In this document: positions 27,180 through 38,700 of the stretch, in pieces | Layout of the letters: every line of letters begins with the position of its first letter | Position numbering within the stretch: position 1 is the first letter of the stretch | DNA from: an uncultured virus (IMG/VR IMGVR_UViG_3300006868_000019) | Lineage: Duplodnaviria > Heunggongvirae > Uroviricota > Caudoviricetes | Strand: one strand, 5' to 3' | DNA length: 64,000 nucleotides | IMG/VR virus record: IMGVR_UViG_3300006868_000019 | Notes under the pieces: model-generated | What the model was told of the DNA's origin: nothing | The model's database searches: none | What the model saw: only the letters and a program-made list of their open reading frames with translations | Made by a program: the position numbers and the translations under genes

Positions 27180-27383
27180 TTATTTAATTTTTAATACACC
27201 AGTTTGTTGGTATACTTTGTAGTTGTTAATGATTTTATTAATTGCATTTTTCATATTAATATCAATCATTTCTAAAAGAGTATTATCAACTTCAATAATT
27301 TCTTTTATATTTTTGTTTATTTTACCGATTTGTCTATATGCAACGTTTCTAACAATTGCCATATTCATATTATTTGTTTTCAT
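27180..27383 (-). CDS. Hypothetical protein, probably leaderless first gene of an early operon
   Basis: ATG lies about 8 nt downstream of the -10 element. Confidence 0.6.
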   Translation of the reverse strand: MKTNNMNMAIVRNVAYRQIGKINKNIKEIIEVDNTLLEMIDINMKNAINKIINNYKVYQQTGVLKIK

Positions 27384-27391
27384 ATACTACT

Positions 27392-27420
27392 AATATACCG
27401 TATTTTTATGTAAAAATCAA
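27392..27420 (-). promoter_or_regulatory. Sigma70-type promoter (minus strand)
   Basis: TTGATT (27420-27415), 17 nt spacer, TATATT (27397-27392). Confidence 0.6.
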
Positions 27421-27479
27421 CAAAAAAATGGATTAATTGTCCGATTCTTCCGTAGCTTGTCGGCATTCTGGCGTATATA

Positions 27480-27494
27480 GAACAAAAGTAGAAC
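27480..27494 (-). promoter_or_regulatory. Putative alphaproteobacterial LexA box (GAAC-N7-GAAC)
   Basis: GAAC AAAAGTA GAAC, in the divergent intergenic region. Confidence 0.6.
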
Positions 27495-27503
27495 AAAAAC
27501 CCT

Positions 27504-27511
27504 TATAAATA
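27504..27511 (+). promoter_or_regulatory. T4-type late promoter
   Basis: TATAAATA; the same motif precedes late genes at 28111, 32995, 34192, 42854 and 55806. Confidence 0.75.
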
Positions 27512-27540
27512 GTAGAAAAACATCAAAATATGAGGAAATT

Positions 27541-27804
27541 ATGAAAAAAATGAGAATTTTTAAGTTTTGGAACGAATCGGGTGACGAAAAAGAGAAGGAA
27601 GCCATGAGTTTGAAGAAAGCCACTATGTCCGTACAAGGGGATTTCAAGGATAAAATCATTGGAGTTGAATATATCAGTAAAAAAGGCAAAAAAATCGTAG
27701 ATTCGGTAAAAATACCAGTAGGACGGAAGATTCGTCAATCAATTATTATTGAACAAAGAAGATTAGCAAGAAAAGCTGCGTTAGAACAAAGACAAAGAGG
27801 ATAA
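27541..27804 (+). CDS. Hypothetical basic protein
   Basis: GAGG RBS; first gene after the late promoter. Confidence 0.7.
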   Translation: MKKMRIFKFWNESGDEKEKEAMSLKKATMSVQGDFKDKIIGVEYISKKGKKIVDSVKIPVGRKIRQSIIIEQRRLARKAALEQRQRG

Positions 27805-27805
27805 T

Positions 27806-28105
27806 ATGGCTGTTAGAGAAGGAGATCCGTTGACTACAGGTCATGCTTGTACTGGAATTACTAATTTAGCAACTTCATTAGTAAGAACGGTTAAAGCAAA
27901 TGCGATTCCAGGTGCTGTACAAGGCACTCCTACCGTATCTCACACTTTTCCACCAGTTCCTTTGTGTCCTGCCCATGTTGCAAATTTAAACAAAGGATCA
28001 ACAAACGTTAAAATAGGTGGTATACCTTGGGGTCGTGTGGGAGATAGTGCTGACGCAGGTGCAATGATTTCAGGTTCTTTAAATGTATTAGTAAATGGTC
28101 TGTAA
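27806..28105 (+). CDS. PAAR-like spike tip protein (gp5.4-like)
   Basis: R.GD...GH.C, H, C..H, GS.NV.I.G.P.GRVGD...GS.NV. Confidence 0.88.
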   Translation: MAVREGDPLTTGHACTGITNLATSLVRTVKANAIPGAVQGTPTVSHTFPPVPLCPAHVANLNKGSTNVKIGGIPWGRVGDSADAGAMISGSLNVLVNGL

Positions 28106-28123
28106 AGTCATATAAATATTGCT

Positions 28124-28555
28124 ATGGCTTATTCAAACTATGACGCAAGTACAACGAATCAAAGTAAACGATCAAATCGTATTTACAAAGATTTAAATTT
28201 AAACTTTACTAAAAATCCAGCAACTAAAGATGTTGCAAGATTATTTGATGTACAGGCAATTAAGAGAGCTGTTAAGAATATAATCTTAACAAACAAATAC
28301 GAAAAACCTTTTAATTCTGACTTTGGTTGTAATTTAAGAGGTTTCTTATTTGAGAACATGACCGAACCTATGATGGTAATCATCAAAGATAGGGTTGCAA
28401 TGGCAATTGAGAAATACGAACCTAGAGTTTCAGTAGAAGATGTAGTTGTTCGGGAAGATGAAAACAATAATGGGTTAGATATTATGGTTTCATTTTTAAT
28501 TAATGGTGCAGAAGCGCCTATATCAGTATCAACATTTTTACAAAGAGTAAGATAA
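28124..28555 (+). CDS. gp25: Baseplate wedge subunit gp25-like
   Basis: YKDLNL.F, AIKRAVKNIILT...EKPF...FG, IEKYEPRV. Confidence 0.92.
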   Translation: MAYSNYDASTTNQSKRSNRIYKDLNLNFTKNPATKDVARLFDVQAIKRAVKNIILTNKYEKPFNSDFGCNLRGFLFENMTEPMMVIIKDRVAMAIEKYEPRVSVEDVVVREDENNNGLDIMVSFLINGAEAPISVSTFLQRVR

Positions 28556-28556
28556 G

Positions 28557-30413
28557 ATGGCACAACACAAATTAGAAATTTCAGAATTAGATTTTGAAAA
28601 TATAAAAGGTTCACTCAAAAGATTTTTAGCAAATCAAAACGAATTTAAAGATTACGACTTTGAAGGTAGTTCAATGGCAATATTGCTTGACCTACTTGCT
28701 TACAATACACATTACTTGGCTTACAATGCAAACTTTGTAGCAAACGAAATGTTTATGGACACAGCACAGTTAAGATCAAGTGTTGCGTCATTGGCTAAAT
28801 TAGTAGGATACACACCTAACTCTGCTAGAGCACCAATCGCTGATTTAAAATTAGTAATCAACGATGGTACAGGTGCTTCAATTACAATTCCTGCAGGTAC
28901 AAAATTTACTTCATCAATAGATGGTTTAACTTACACGTTTGTTTCAGTATCAGATAAAGTTGTACAACCAATTGATGGTATTTACACAGCACAAAGTTTA
29001 AATGTTTACGAAGGTACATATGTTACCTATGCTTACACATATGACAGCCAAGATATAGATCAAAGATTTTTAATACCTAGTGACAGAGCAGATACAACTA
29101 CAATAAAAGTTGTAGTGCAAAATAGTGCTTCAGATGTAACACAAACCACATACACTAAAGCAAGTTCAATAACAGAATTAGATAGTACATCAAAAGTTTA
29201 TTTCTGCCAAGAGGCTGAAGACGGTCAATTTGAAATTTACTTTGGTGATGGTGTAATTGGTAAATCATTAGACGATGGTAATATAATTAGTATTAGTTAT
29301 GTTGTTACAAACAAAACAGAAGCTAACGGTGCAACTGCATTTACATTATCAGGCTCTATTTCTGGATTTACAGACGTAACTACAACTGTTAACTCATCAG
29401 CACAAGGTGGTGCTGAACCTGAAAGTTTACAAAGTATAAAATTCAATGCACCTAATTTTTATGCCTCACAAGACAGAGCAGTTACAATAGAAGATTATAA
29501 ATCAAAAGTAAAACAACTTTATGCTAACACACAATCAGTTAGTGCTTGGGGTGGTGAAGACGCTGAAACGCCATTCTATGGTAGAGTTTATCTTTCTATT
29601 TTACCAACAAGTGGTTCTAATCTTACAGACGCTACAAAAGATAAAATAGTAAAAGATTTAAAAAAATATTCAGTTGCTTCAGTTACACCAGTTATCATTG
29701 ATCCTGAAACAACAGATATATTAATTACATCTAACGTTAAGTTTAATGAGGCAACAACACCCAAAACTGCTGACACAATTAAATCAAACGTTGTTACAAC
29801 AATAACAGATTACAACGCAAATACATTACAAAAATTTGATACAATGTTTAGACATTCAAAACTTACAGGATTAATTGATGATACAGATGAAAGTATTTTA
29901 TCAAATGTTACTACAGTTAGATTGAGAAAATCTTTTTTACCAACAATTGGAAGTTCTACAAAATATACAATTAACTTTGCAAACGCATTATACAATCCAC
30001 ATTCAGGTCACAATTCTGCTTCTGGTGGTATTTTAGAATCAACAGGATTTAAAATTGATGGCGACACTACAAACATTTGGTTTTTAGATGATGATGGACA
30101 AGGTAATGTAAGAAGATATAGAAATGATGGTTCTGTAAGATCATATGCTAACAGTACACAAGGTACAATAGATTACTCAACAGGTAAAGTTGAAGTAAAC
30201 TCTTTAAATGTTTCTAATATAGAAAACGTAAGAGGTGCAGCTTCAACAGTTATAGAAGTTACGGTTAAACCTAATTCAAACGATATTGTTCCTATCAGAA
30301 ATCAAGTATTAGATATTGATGTTGCAAACAGTTCAGTTACAGTTGAGGCTGACACATTAGCAGGAGGCTCAGCAAACGCTGGTATAGGATATACCACGAC
30401 TAGTAGTTATTAG
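28557..30413 (+). CDS. gp6: Baseplate wedge subunit gp6-like
   Basis: ELDFE.IK..LK.FL..Q.EF.DYDFEGS, LAYNTHY, FGDG..G, Q.RAVT..DY, WGGED. Confidence 0.95.
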   Translation: MAQHKLEISELDFENIKGSLKRFLANQNEFKDYDFEGSSMAILLDLLAYNTHYLAYNANFVANEMFMDTAQLRSSVASLAKLVGYTPNSARAPIADLKLVINDGTGASITIPAGTKFTSSIDGLTYTFVSVSDKVVQPIDGIYTAQSLNVYEGTYVTYAYTYDSQDIDQRFLIPSDRADTTTIKVVVQNSASDVTQTTYTKASSITELDSTSKVYFCQEAEDGQFEIYFGDGVIGKSLDDGNIISISYVVTNKTEANGATAFTLSGSISGFTDVTTTVNSSAQGGAEPESLQSIKFNAPNFYASQDRAVTIEDYKSKVKQLYANTQSVSAWGGEDAETPFYGRVYLSILPTSGSNLTDATKDKIVKDLKKYSVASVTPVIIDPETTDILITSNVKFNEATTPKTADTIKSNVVTTITDYNANTLQKFDTMFRHSKLTGLIDDTDESILSNVTTVRLRKSFLPTIGSSTKYTINFANALYNPHSGHNSASGGILESTGFKIDGDTTNIWFLDDDGQGNVRRYRNDGSVRSYANSTQGTIDYSTGKVEVNSLNVSNIENVRGAASTVIEVTVKPNSNDIVPIRNQVLDIDVANSSVTVEADTLAGGSANAGIGYTTTSSY

Positions 30414-30418
30414 ATGAA

Positions 30419-32992
30419 ATGGCCGACTTTAAAGATAAAATATCAAACCTTATAAATTCACAAGTACCTGATTTTGTACTTGAAGACCACCCATTATTTT
30501 TAGACTTTGTAAAAGCATATTATCAGTTGATGGAATCAGCTGAGATTACATTAACAAACATTGGCGATCCAGATCATTTAGTATTAGAAGGTACAACAGC
30601 TGCAAAGATTGTACTTGATGGTACAAACGTAAGTAAAGATGATGGTGACGATAACGTTCTTTTAGAAGACACAAGTTATGGTGATTTTATAAACGGCGAA
30701 ACTATTACAGGTTCTACATCTGGTGCAACGACAACAGTAATAATAGAAGACGTTGATGGTGGTGGTCGTTTGTTTGTTACTCATCAAAATAAATTTATAG
30801 AAGGTGAATTAATAACAGGTTCGTCTTCAGGTGCTCAGGCAACTATAGGTAAGTACAGAGCAAACCCAGTTCAAAATATTCAACAACTTTTAGATTACGC
30901 TGATGTAGATAAAACTATATCAGGTTTCTTATCTAAATTTAGAAACTCATTTTTAACAAGTGTACCTGATAGATTATACGAAGGTATAGATAAAAGAAAT
31001 CTTACAAAAAATATTAAATCACTATATCAATCTAAAGGTACAAAACGTGCAAGTGAAATATTTTTTAAATTACTTTTAAACGAAGACGCTGAAATAAGAT
31101 ACCCTAAAGATGAAATATTAAGGGTGTCTGATGGTAAATGGGATACTAAAAAAATAATTCGTTGTTTAGCATTAGGTAATTCAGAGCCTACAAATCTTAT
31201 AGGTCAAACAATCACACAAGCAAACAACCCGACAGATACAAATATAAATGAAGCGACTGCAATTGTAGAAGATGTATTTAAATTTTTAATAGGTGGTGTA
31301 GAAGTTACTGAATTAGTTGTAGGTGATAATTCTGTTTCTGGTACTTTTGTTGCTGGTGAAACAATTACAGGTACAGATAATACAGACGCTGATGTTTTAG
31401 TTTCATTAACAGTTTCAAAAATTATAGATCAAAAAACAATTACAAATGATGGTGCATTATATAACGAAGATGACCAAGTAGAAATAACAGCAGGTGGTAC
31501 AGGTGCAAATGTTAAAGTTGGTACAATAGGTCCTGGTACAATACAAGAAGTATTAGTAGATACAGGTGGTACAGGTTACGCTGTAGGTGATACCATAAAC
31601 TTTGGCACAGGAAATGCGACTGCAAGAGTATCAGTTGTAAATGGTGGTGTTACATTAGAGTCTGGTACAGGTCAATTAATATTAGAAGATGAAACAGGTA
31701 AGAATGACCAATATTTTGGTAACAAAGTTGTACAAGAAGCAGGTTCAGGTAACGAAGATATTACAGATGTTAGAATGATTGAGTTTGGTAATGGTTATAC
31801 ATCTTTACCTAGTGTGACGGTTACGTCATCTGGTGGTAGTGGTGCAAAACTATTAGCATATGGTTCTGAAATAGGACGTGCATTAACAATGAAAGTAATT
31901 GAGTCTGGTTATAATTATCAAGCAAGTCCTGCACCAACAATAAAGTTACCAACTTATATTTTATACAATGGTCTTTCAGGTGGTTTAAGTGAAGGAGAAA
32001 CAATAACTGGTGGTACTAGTAGTGTTACTGCTGAGATAGTTTCTATAGATACGGATTTGAATATTGTAAAAGCAAAAAATCATAGTGGATCATTTGTAGA
32101 GGGAGAAACAATTACTGGTGGTAATGGCGCTACATTTACTGCATTAAGATTACAACAAGCAACTGGTACAGTTTCAACAGGTACAGTTGTAACTACAGAT
32201 GGTACTTTTATAAACGAAGATGGTTGGGTATCTGAAAACTCAATGAAAATACAAGACAGTTTATTATACCAAGATTATTCATATATCATAAAAGTTGGTA
32301 GATCAATTAATGAATGGCGTGACGCATATGTAAAAACTTTACACTCTGCTGGTTTTTATTTTCAAGGTGAGATTGCCATACAGTCAAGTTTAAATGCTCA
32401 GATTAGAAGAATAACTGGAGTAAACTCTGGTGTAGAAGGTATCTTAAAAACTCTACTTACAAGAATTTACTCAAAACTTATTGGTCGTAGATTGGGTACA
32501 GAAACAGATGGTACAAGTTTAAGAGCAAATGCAAAAGCGGCTGTTGCAGCTGATTTTGATACAGATACTATAACACAATTTGATAAAACAACAAGAGATG
32601 TAACTTTAAAAACACAACCACTTGTAATAGATTATGTAAGTAGAGTTAGACGTACTATAAACAATGTCAATGTAAGACAAGGATTTGTATATGCAGGACC
32701 TAGATTTGGCACAATAAACAAAATGATACAAACTGCATTTGGTCTTACAGCAAACGGAACGCCTAGTAGTAGTGGTATTACATTTGAACAATTAAGTGCT
32801 ATTAAAGTAAAAGGTACAAGAACATCACTAGATGGTTCTAACGCAATATTTTTAATGACATCTTCAGAGGATGGTAGAAAAATCAAAACAAATTTCACAA
32901 TTCCTGCACAAATAGGTGTTTTACAAGGTGATACTTTTGATGAAACACAAACCACATTTGATAATACTAATATTACAATGGATGCAGGTTAA
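30419..32992 (+). CDS. Baseplate wedge subunit gp7-like
   Basis: QVPDFV...P.F..F.KAYY, LY.SKGT..., SDGKW, IQDS..YQDYSY.IK, H.AG. Confidence 0.75.
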   Translation: MADFKDKISNLINSQVPDFVLEDHPLFLDFVKAYYQLMESAEITLTNIGDPDHLVLEGTTAAKIVLDGTNVSKDDGDDNVLLEDTSYGDFINGETITGSTSGATTTVIIEDVDGGGRLFVTHQNKFIEGELITGSSSGAQATIGKYRANPVQNIQQLLDYADVDKTISGFLSKFRNSFLTSVPDRLYEGIDKRNLTKNIKSLYQSKGTKRASEIFFKLLLNEDAEIRYPKDEILRVSDGKWDTKKIIRCLALGNSEPTNLIGQTITQANNPTDTNINEATAIVEDVFKFLIGGVEVTELVVGDNSVSGTFVAGETITGTDNTDADVLVSLTVSKIIDQKTITNDGALYNEDDQVEITAGGTGANVKVGTIGPGTIQEVLVDTGGTGYAVGDTINFGTGNATARVSVVNGGVTLESGTGQLILEDETGKNDQYFGNKVVQEAGSGNEDITDVRMIEFGNGYTSLPSVTVTSSGGSGAKLLAYGSEIGRALTMKVIESGYNYQASPAPTIKLPTYILYNGLSGGLSEGETITGGTSSVTAEIVSIDTDLNIVKAKNHSGSFVEGETITGGNGATFTALRLQQATGTVSTGTVVTTDGTFINEDGWVSENSMKIQDSLLYQDYSYIIKVGRSINEWRDAYVKTLHSAGFYFQGEIAIQSSLNAQIRRITGVNSGVEGILKTLLTRIYSKLIGRRLGTETDGTSLRANAKAAVAADFDTDTITQFDKTTRDVTLKTQPLVIDYVSRVRRTINNVNVRQGFVYAGPRFGTINKMIQTAFGLTANGTPSSSGITFEQLSAIKVKGTRTSLDGSNAIFLMTSSEDGRKIKTNFTIPAQIGVLQGDTFDETQTTFDNTNITMDAG

Positions 32993-33015
32993 GATATAAA
33001 TAGTAAGAGAGATAT

Positions 33016-34182
33016 ATGGCAAAACAAACAATAAACATCGGATCAATCGCAAATGACGGCACAGGTTCAACACTTCGAGCCGCTGGTGATTTAGTTAATG
33101 ATAACTTTAATGAAATTTACACAGCAATAGGTGACGGTACAACTTTAACAAATATATTAGCTGCTGGTTATATTACATCATCAAGTACAGATACATTAAC
33201 TAACAAATCAGGTAATATAAGTCAATGGACAAATGACTCAGGTTATTTAACTTCATTTTCTGAAGCTAATGATTTATCATCAGCAGTTACTTGGGCTGAT
33301 GTTCCTGATGCTAATATTACACAATCAAGTGTAACACAACACCAAGCTGCAATAAATTCAGGTGTTTCCATTACAGAAAGTCAAATAAGTGATTTACAAA
33401 GTTACATAACTGCAGGCTCAACAACAGCACTTACTAATAAAACTTTTGACGCAAATGGCACTGGTAATTCAATTTCAAACATTGAAGTTGCTGACTTAGC
33501 GTCTGGTGTATTAGACACAGATTTAACTACAGTTGCAGGCACAGATACTACACTTGCTTCAGCAAAAGCAATTAAAACTTATGTTGATAATGTTGCAGCT
33601 GCAGGTATACATTATCATACAGCAGTAAGAGTAGAGTCGCCAATAAATTTAAATGCTTCATATGATAACGGTACTTTAGGTGTTGGTGCAACTTTAACTA
33701 ACACAGGTACTTTAGCAGCCATTTCAATTGATGGTGTTGCTTTAAATTTAAATGATAGAGTTTTAATTTATAATCAATCAAATGCAGCTCACAATGGTGT
33801 ATATTATGTATCAACTGTTGGTGATGGTGCAACTGCTTGGGTATTAACAAGAACAACAGATACAGACAGTTATGGTGCTTCTGATCCAGACTCTTTGGGG
33901 GAAGGTGATGCCTTTTTCGTAAGTGAAGGGAATACAGGTGCTGGAGAATTATATGTAATGAATACTAATGGTACAATTACATTTGGTACTACAAATATTA
34001 CATTTTCTGTAATTGCCGAAACAGCAGTATATTCAGCAGGACAGTCATTAACACTATCAGGCACAGTATTTTCAGTAACATCGGGTTCTATAAGTTCAAC
34101 ACAACTAACAAGTGCTGTTGAATTGCAAATATTAGATAGTTCTGGATCAACAGTTAAATCACTATATGGTGCAGGATCGTAA
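33016..34182 (+). CDS. Baseplate/tail-fibre connector with gp9/gp10-type N-terminus
   Basis: MAKQTINIG..ANDGTG..LR....N.NF.EIY; fibre-type DRVL..Q....NGVY module. Confidence 0.75.
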   Translation: MAKQTINIGSIANDGTGSTLRAAGDLVNDNFNEIYTAIGDGTTLTNILAAGYITSSSTDTLTNKSGNISQWTNDSGYLTSFSEANDLSSAVTWADVPDANITQSSVTQHQAAINSGVSITESQISDLQSYITAGSTTALTNKTFDANGTGNSISNIEVADLASGVLDTDLTTVAGTDTTLASAKAIKTYVDNVAAAGIHYHTAVRVESPINLNASYDNGTLGVGATLTNTGTLAAISIDGVALNLNDRVLIYNQSNAAHNGVYYVSTVGDGATAWVLTRTTDTDSYGASDPDSLGEGDAFFVSEGNTGAGELYVMNTNGTITFGTTNITFSVIAETAVYSAGQSLTLSGTVFSVTSGSISSTQLTSAVELQILDSSGSTVKSLYGAGS

Positions 34183-34214
34183 TAAAAAGATTATAAATAT
34201 AAAGAGGAATAACA

Positions 34215-35711
34215 ATGCCAGCAATAATAACAAATAAATTTAGAATGAACAATGCGGAACAGTTTCAGGAATCATTTTCTGAAGCTTCTCCAACAGTTTA
34301 CTACTTAGGAATAGGTAGAGCACAAGAATTTGGTACTTTAACAAGACCAGATGGTAGAACAGACTACGAAGGTACAGAAACAGCACCTACTACACCAGGT
34401 GATAGTGTACTAAATGAATTTAAAAACTATGATGATCTGCTGGCTGCAAAAAAGATCACAGGTTCAGACGTTTCATTTGTTATTCCTAGAAGAAACTGGA
34501 CATCAGGTACAACATACGATATTTACAGACACGATTACGAGGAGTTTGTAACAGGTAGCACATCAACAAGGGTTACATCAAATAGTGGTGCAACAACTTT
34601 GTTTGACTCTACTTTTTATGTAATAACTTCAGATAGAAACGTTTACAAGTGTTTAGACAATGATGGTAATACTGCTTCGACAGTAGAACCAACAGGTACT
34701 GGTACAACTTTAATTACAACTGGTGATGGATACAAGTGGAAATATATGTACACTTTATCTGCTGCTCAACAATCAAATTTCTTATCAACTGACTTTATGG
34801 CAGTTTCAACTGACTCAACTGTATCATCAGCTGCTGTTGATGGCGCACTAGACGTAGTAAAAGTTAAAACTGGTGGATCAAGTTATACAGTTTCAGGTGG
34901 TGGTACATCAGGAACAATAACTGCTGTGCCAATTAGAGGTGATGGTAGTGGTGGTGTTTGCTCTGTAACTTTAACTTCAGGCGCTATAACTGCTGTATCT
35001 ATAACAACTGCTGGTACTGGTTACACTTCAGGTTATATTAAAAATGCTGACATCATTGCAGCTACAAATGCTGGTGGTGCTGGATCAGGTGCAGAATTAG
35101 ACGTAATCATTCCACCAAAAGGTGGTCATGGTTTTAACGCCGTAGAAGAATTAGGTGGATTCTTTGTTATGTTAAATACAACATTAGAAGGAACTGAAAG
35201 TTCTAACTCTGGTGATTTTACGGCTGCAAACGACTTTAGAAAAATTACTTTAATTAAGAATCCAAACAACGCAGCTGGTTCGGCTGCTTCTGCGTCAACA
35301 TTAAGAGGCACATATGCTGTTAAAATTAATACTTCACCCACTCCAGGAACATTTGTTGTTGATGAAGAAATTAATCAGGCAAGTACAGGTGCTGTAGGTA
35401 AAGTTGTTGAATGGGATGCTACAAATAAAATTTTATATTATGTTCAGACTAGACACAATGGCGCTGGTGCTGATACAAATGGTAACGTTACTGCTTTTAG
35501 TGGTACAAATGTAATTACTGGACAAACATCTAGTGCTACAGGTACTCCCGAAAATACTACTTCAACTGTTAACAATGTTTCATTCACTTCTGGTTATGCT
35601 ACTCCTGAATTGAAACATGATACTGGAGAAATCTTATACGTTGAAAATAGAACAAAAATTGCAAGAGCGACTGACCAAACTGAAAACATCAAACTCATTA
35701 TTGAGTTTTAA
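34215..35711 (+). CDS. gp8: Baseplate wedge subunit gp8-like
   Basis: AIIT.KFR..NA, PR.NW..G..YD.Y, VYKCLDN, DGYKWKYMY, PKGGHG, GEILYVENR, E.IKLIIEF. Confidence 0.9.
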   Translation: MPAIITNKFRMNNAEQFQESFSEASPTVYYLGIGRAQEFGTLTRPDGRTDYEGTETAPTTPGDSVLNEFKNYDDLLAAKKITGSDVSFVIPRRNWTSGTTYDIYRHDYEEFVTGSTSTRVTSNSGATTLFDSTFYVITSDRNVYKCLDNDGNTASTVEPTGTGTTLITTGDGYKWKYMYTLSAAQQSNFLSTDFMAVSTDSTVSSAAVDGALDVVKVKTGGSSYTVSGGGTSGTITAVPIRGDGSGGVCSVTLTSGAITAVSITTAGTGYTSGYIKNADIIAATNAGGAGSGAELDVIIPPKGGHGFNAVEELGGFFVMLNTTLEGTESSNSGDFTAANDFRKITLIKNPNNAAGSAASASTLRGTYAVKINTSPTPGTFVVDEEINQASTGAVGKVVEWDATNKILYYVQTRHNGAGADTNGNVTAFSGTNVITGQTSSATGTPENTTSTVNNVSFTSGYATPELKHDTGEILYVENRTKIARATDQTENIKLIIEF

Positions 35712-35727
35712 TAGGGGAAAATAGATA

Positions 35728-38700
35728 ATGCCAAGTCCAACTGATTTTAATGTCAGTCCTTACTATGACGATTTTACAGAGTCAAAAAAGTTTCACAGAA
35801 TACTTTTTAGACCTGCTTTTGCTGTTCAGGCTAGAGAATTAACTCAATCTCAAACACAATTACAAAATCAAATAGAAAGAATGTCAGATCACCTTTTTGA
35901 TAAGGGATCAATGGTCATTCCTGGTGAAATTGGTTACGATTTAAAATACTATGCTGTTAAGTTAACATCTAAATCTGCTTCAACTGTAGATAGTTATATT
36001 GACACTACACTAACAGGTGGTACTTCAGGCGTTACTGCTAAAGTTGTAAACGCTGTTGCTACAGACGGTACTGATCCAGATACACTATTCGTTAAATACA
36101 TGAATACTGCTTCTGATGGTGCACAAATTCCTTTTACACATGGTGAAACAATAACATCATCTAATACTTCAACAGCTGTTGTTGCTTCTTGTCATACAGG
36201 ATCAGCTGCACAGATTAAAGAAGGTGTATATTACATCAATGGTTTTCACGTTCAAGTATCTGCACAAACTTTAATACTTGAAAAATATTCAGATACTCCT
36301 AGTTATAGAGTTGGTTTATCAGTAACAGAATCTTTTGTTGCACCTGGTGATGATACATCTCTAAACGATAACGCACAAGGCGTATCAAACTCAAACGCTC
36401 CTGGCGCTCACAGATTTAAAATACTTTTAACATTAGGCAAAAAAGCATTAAACAATACTGAAGATAGTAACTTCTATGAATTGTTAAGATTGTCAAGTGG
36501 TGTATTACAAAACCAAGTTAGAACAACTGAATACGCTGTATTAGAAGATACACTTGCTCGTAGAACATTTGACGAAAGTGGTGACTATGTTGTAAGACCT
36601 TTTGATATAGATGTTAGAGAACATTTATCTTCAGGCAACAATAGAGGTATCTTTACATCATCAGCAGGTGGTGACGCAACTAAACTTGCAGTAGGATTCT
36701 CTCCTGGAAAAGCATATGTAAAAGGTTATGAGATAGACACAATCGCAACAACTTTTTTACCTGTAGATAAGGCAAGAGATTTTGACACACAAAATAATTT
36801 TAGTACTAGATTTGATGTAGGTAACTTTGTAAACGTAACAAACGTTTATGGTTCTCCTGACATTTCAACTGCTTCAGGTGTAGAAGGATTTAAAGGTTTA
36901 ACTTTACACAATACAGCAACAAGTTCACGTGGTACTGCAAACACAGGATCAAGTTCAGATATTACTACAATTGGTAGAGCAAAAAGTAGAGGCTTTGAAT
37001 ATTCTTCAGGTACTGCTGCTTCAAACATATTTTCAAGTTCAAGTGTAACAAGTGCTGTTTATAAACATTATCTTTTTGATATAGTTTTATTTACACACTT
37101 AAATATTAAAACTGCACAAGCATTTACAACAGGTGAAACTGTAACTGGTAGTACTTCTGGTGCTACTGCAACAGTTCAATCTGTATCTACTACAGAAAGT
37201 GCTACAATCACAGGTGCAACAGCAGCTGATCCTGTAGTTATTACATCTTCAAATAAATTTAAAGAAGGTCAACAAGTAACAATAACAGGTGTAGGTGGTA
37301 TGACTGAATTAAATGGTAACGTTTATACGGTTAGAAATCCATCGGCATCAAATTTTGAATTATACGACACAGACGGCACTACTTCAATTGATGGATCAGG
37401 ATTTACTAGTTATACTTCAGGCGGTGCAGCTGCACATGGTGTAGTTATAGTATCAAACGTACAAGGTACTTTTGCTACTGGCGAAACAATAACAGGTGGC
37501 ACATCAAGTAACACAGCAGTTATTCAAGCAGACGCTGTTGGTTTAAAAGGTGTTACTGCATTTGATATACCACAAGTTAAACAAATTGCAATGGCAGGTT
37601 CGCCTACATTTACTGCTGATACAGCATTAGACGCTACAAATGGCGACAATGCAACATTAACAGGTACACTATCTATCGCAAATAGTGGTACATCTGTAAC
37701 AGGTTTCAATACAAGATTTACATCTGAATTATTAGTTGGCGATTCAATATCATTTACTACAGACGGTGGTACCTCTTTAACTAGAATAGTTGAGGCTATC
37801 ATTAGTGATAGTTCAATAACACTATCAGCTGCTGTTGGTGGATCAGACGTATCCACAAAAACAATTGCAACGAGAAGAAGAACAAAAATACAATCACCTG
37901 ATAAAAATATTTCTATATTCAAACTGCCGTATGAAAATATTAAAACATTAAGAACAACTGCAAATGGTAATGCTTCAGATACAAGTTATACATTTAGAAA
38001 ACATGAAATTAAAACACTAACTGGTGATGGTATTGCAACATTTACTGCTGGTGTAGATGAAACGTTTGCCGATTTATCAGAAAATGATTTTACTATTTCA
38101 ATTACAAGTTTAGGTTCTGGTGGTTCTGGTGCTGTAGGTGATGTATTAAGTTTGACAGGAAATAACCACGAAGGTTCTGCAATCTTTACTTTAAATGTTG
38201 CTAAAACACAATTAACTATTGACTTTGGTGCTAACTACGCTTCACATGACGTTAAAGCATTATTAACTATAAACAAAACGGTAGGTACTTCGAAAACAAA
38301 AACACTTAACAGTAATGAAACACTTGCTGTATCTACACAGGCAACAATAGAGAGTGGTGTAATTAGTTTAGCAAAAGCAGACGTAATTGCTATCAATTCA
38401 ATTTACATGGCACCTGACTTTAGTACGGATGCAACAATATCACATACAGACGTTACAGATAGATTTGATTTAGATACAGGTCAAAGAGATAACTTCTATG
38501 ATGTTGGTAGAATAAAATTAAAAACTGGTGCGTTAACACCAACAGGTAGATTACTTGTAAACTTTAACTATTACTCTCATAGTGCAGGAGATTATTTTGA
38601 TGTTGACTCATATTCAGCAATTAATTACGAAGACATTCCTGCTTACACTTCAGACCATACAGGTGTTAGATATGAATTAAGAGATAGTTTAGACTTTAGA

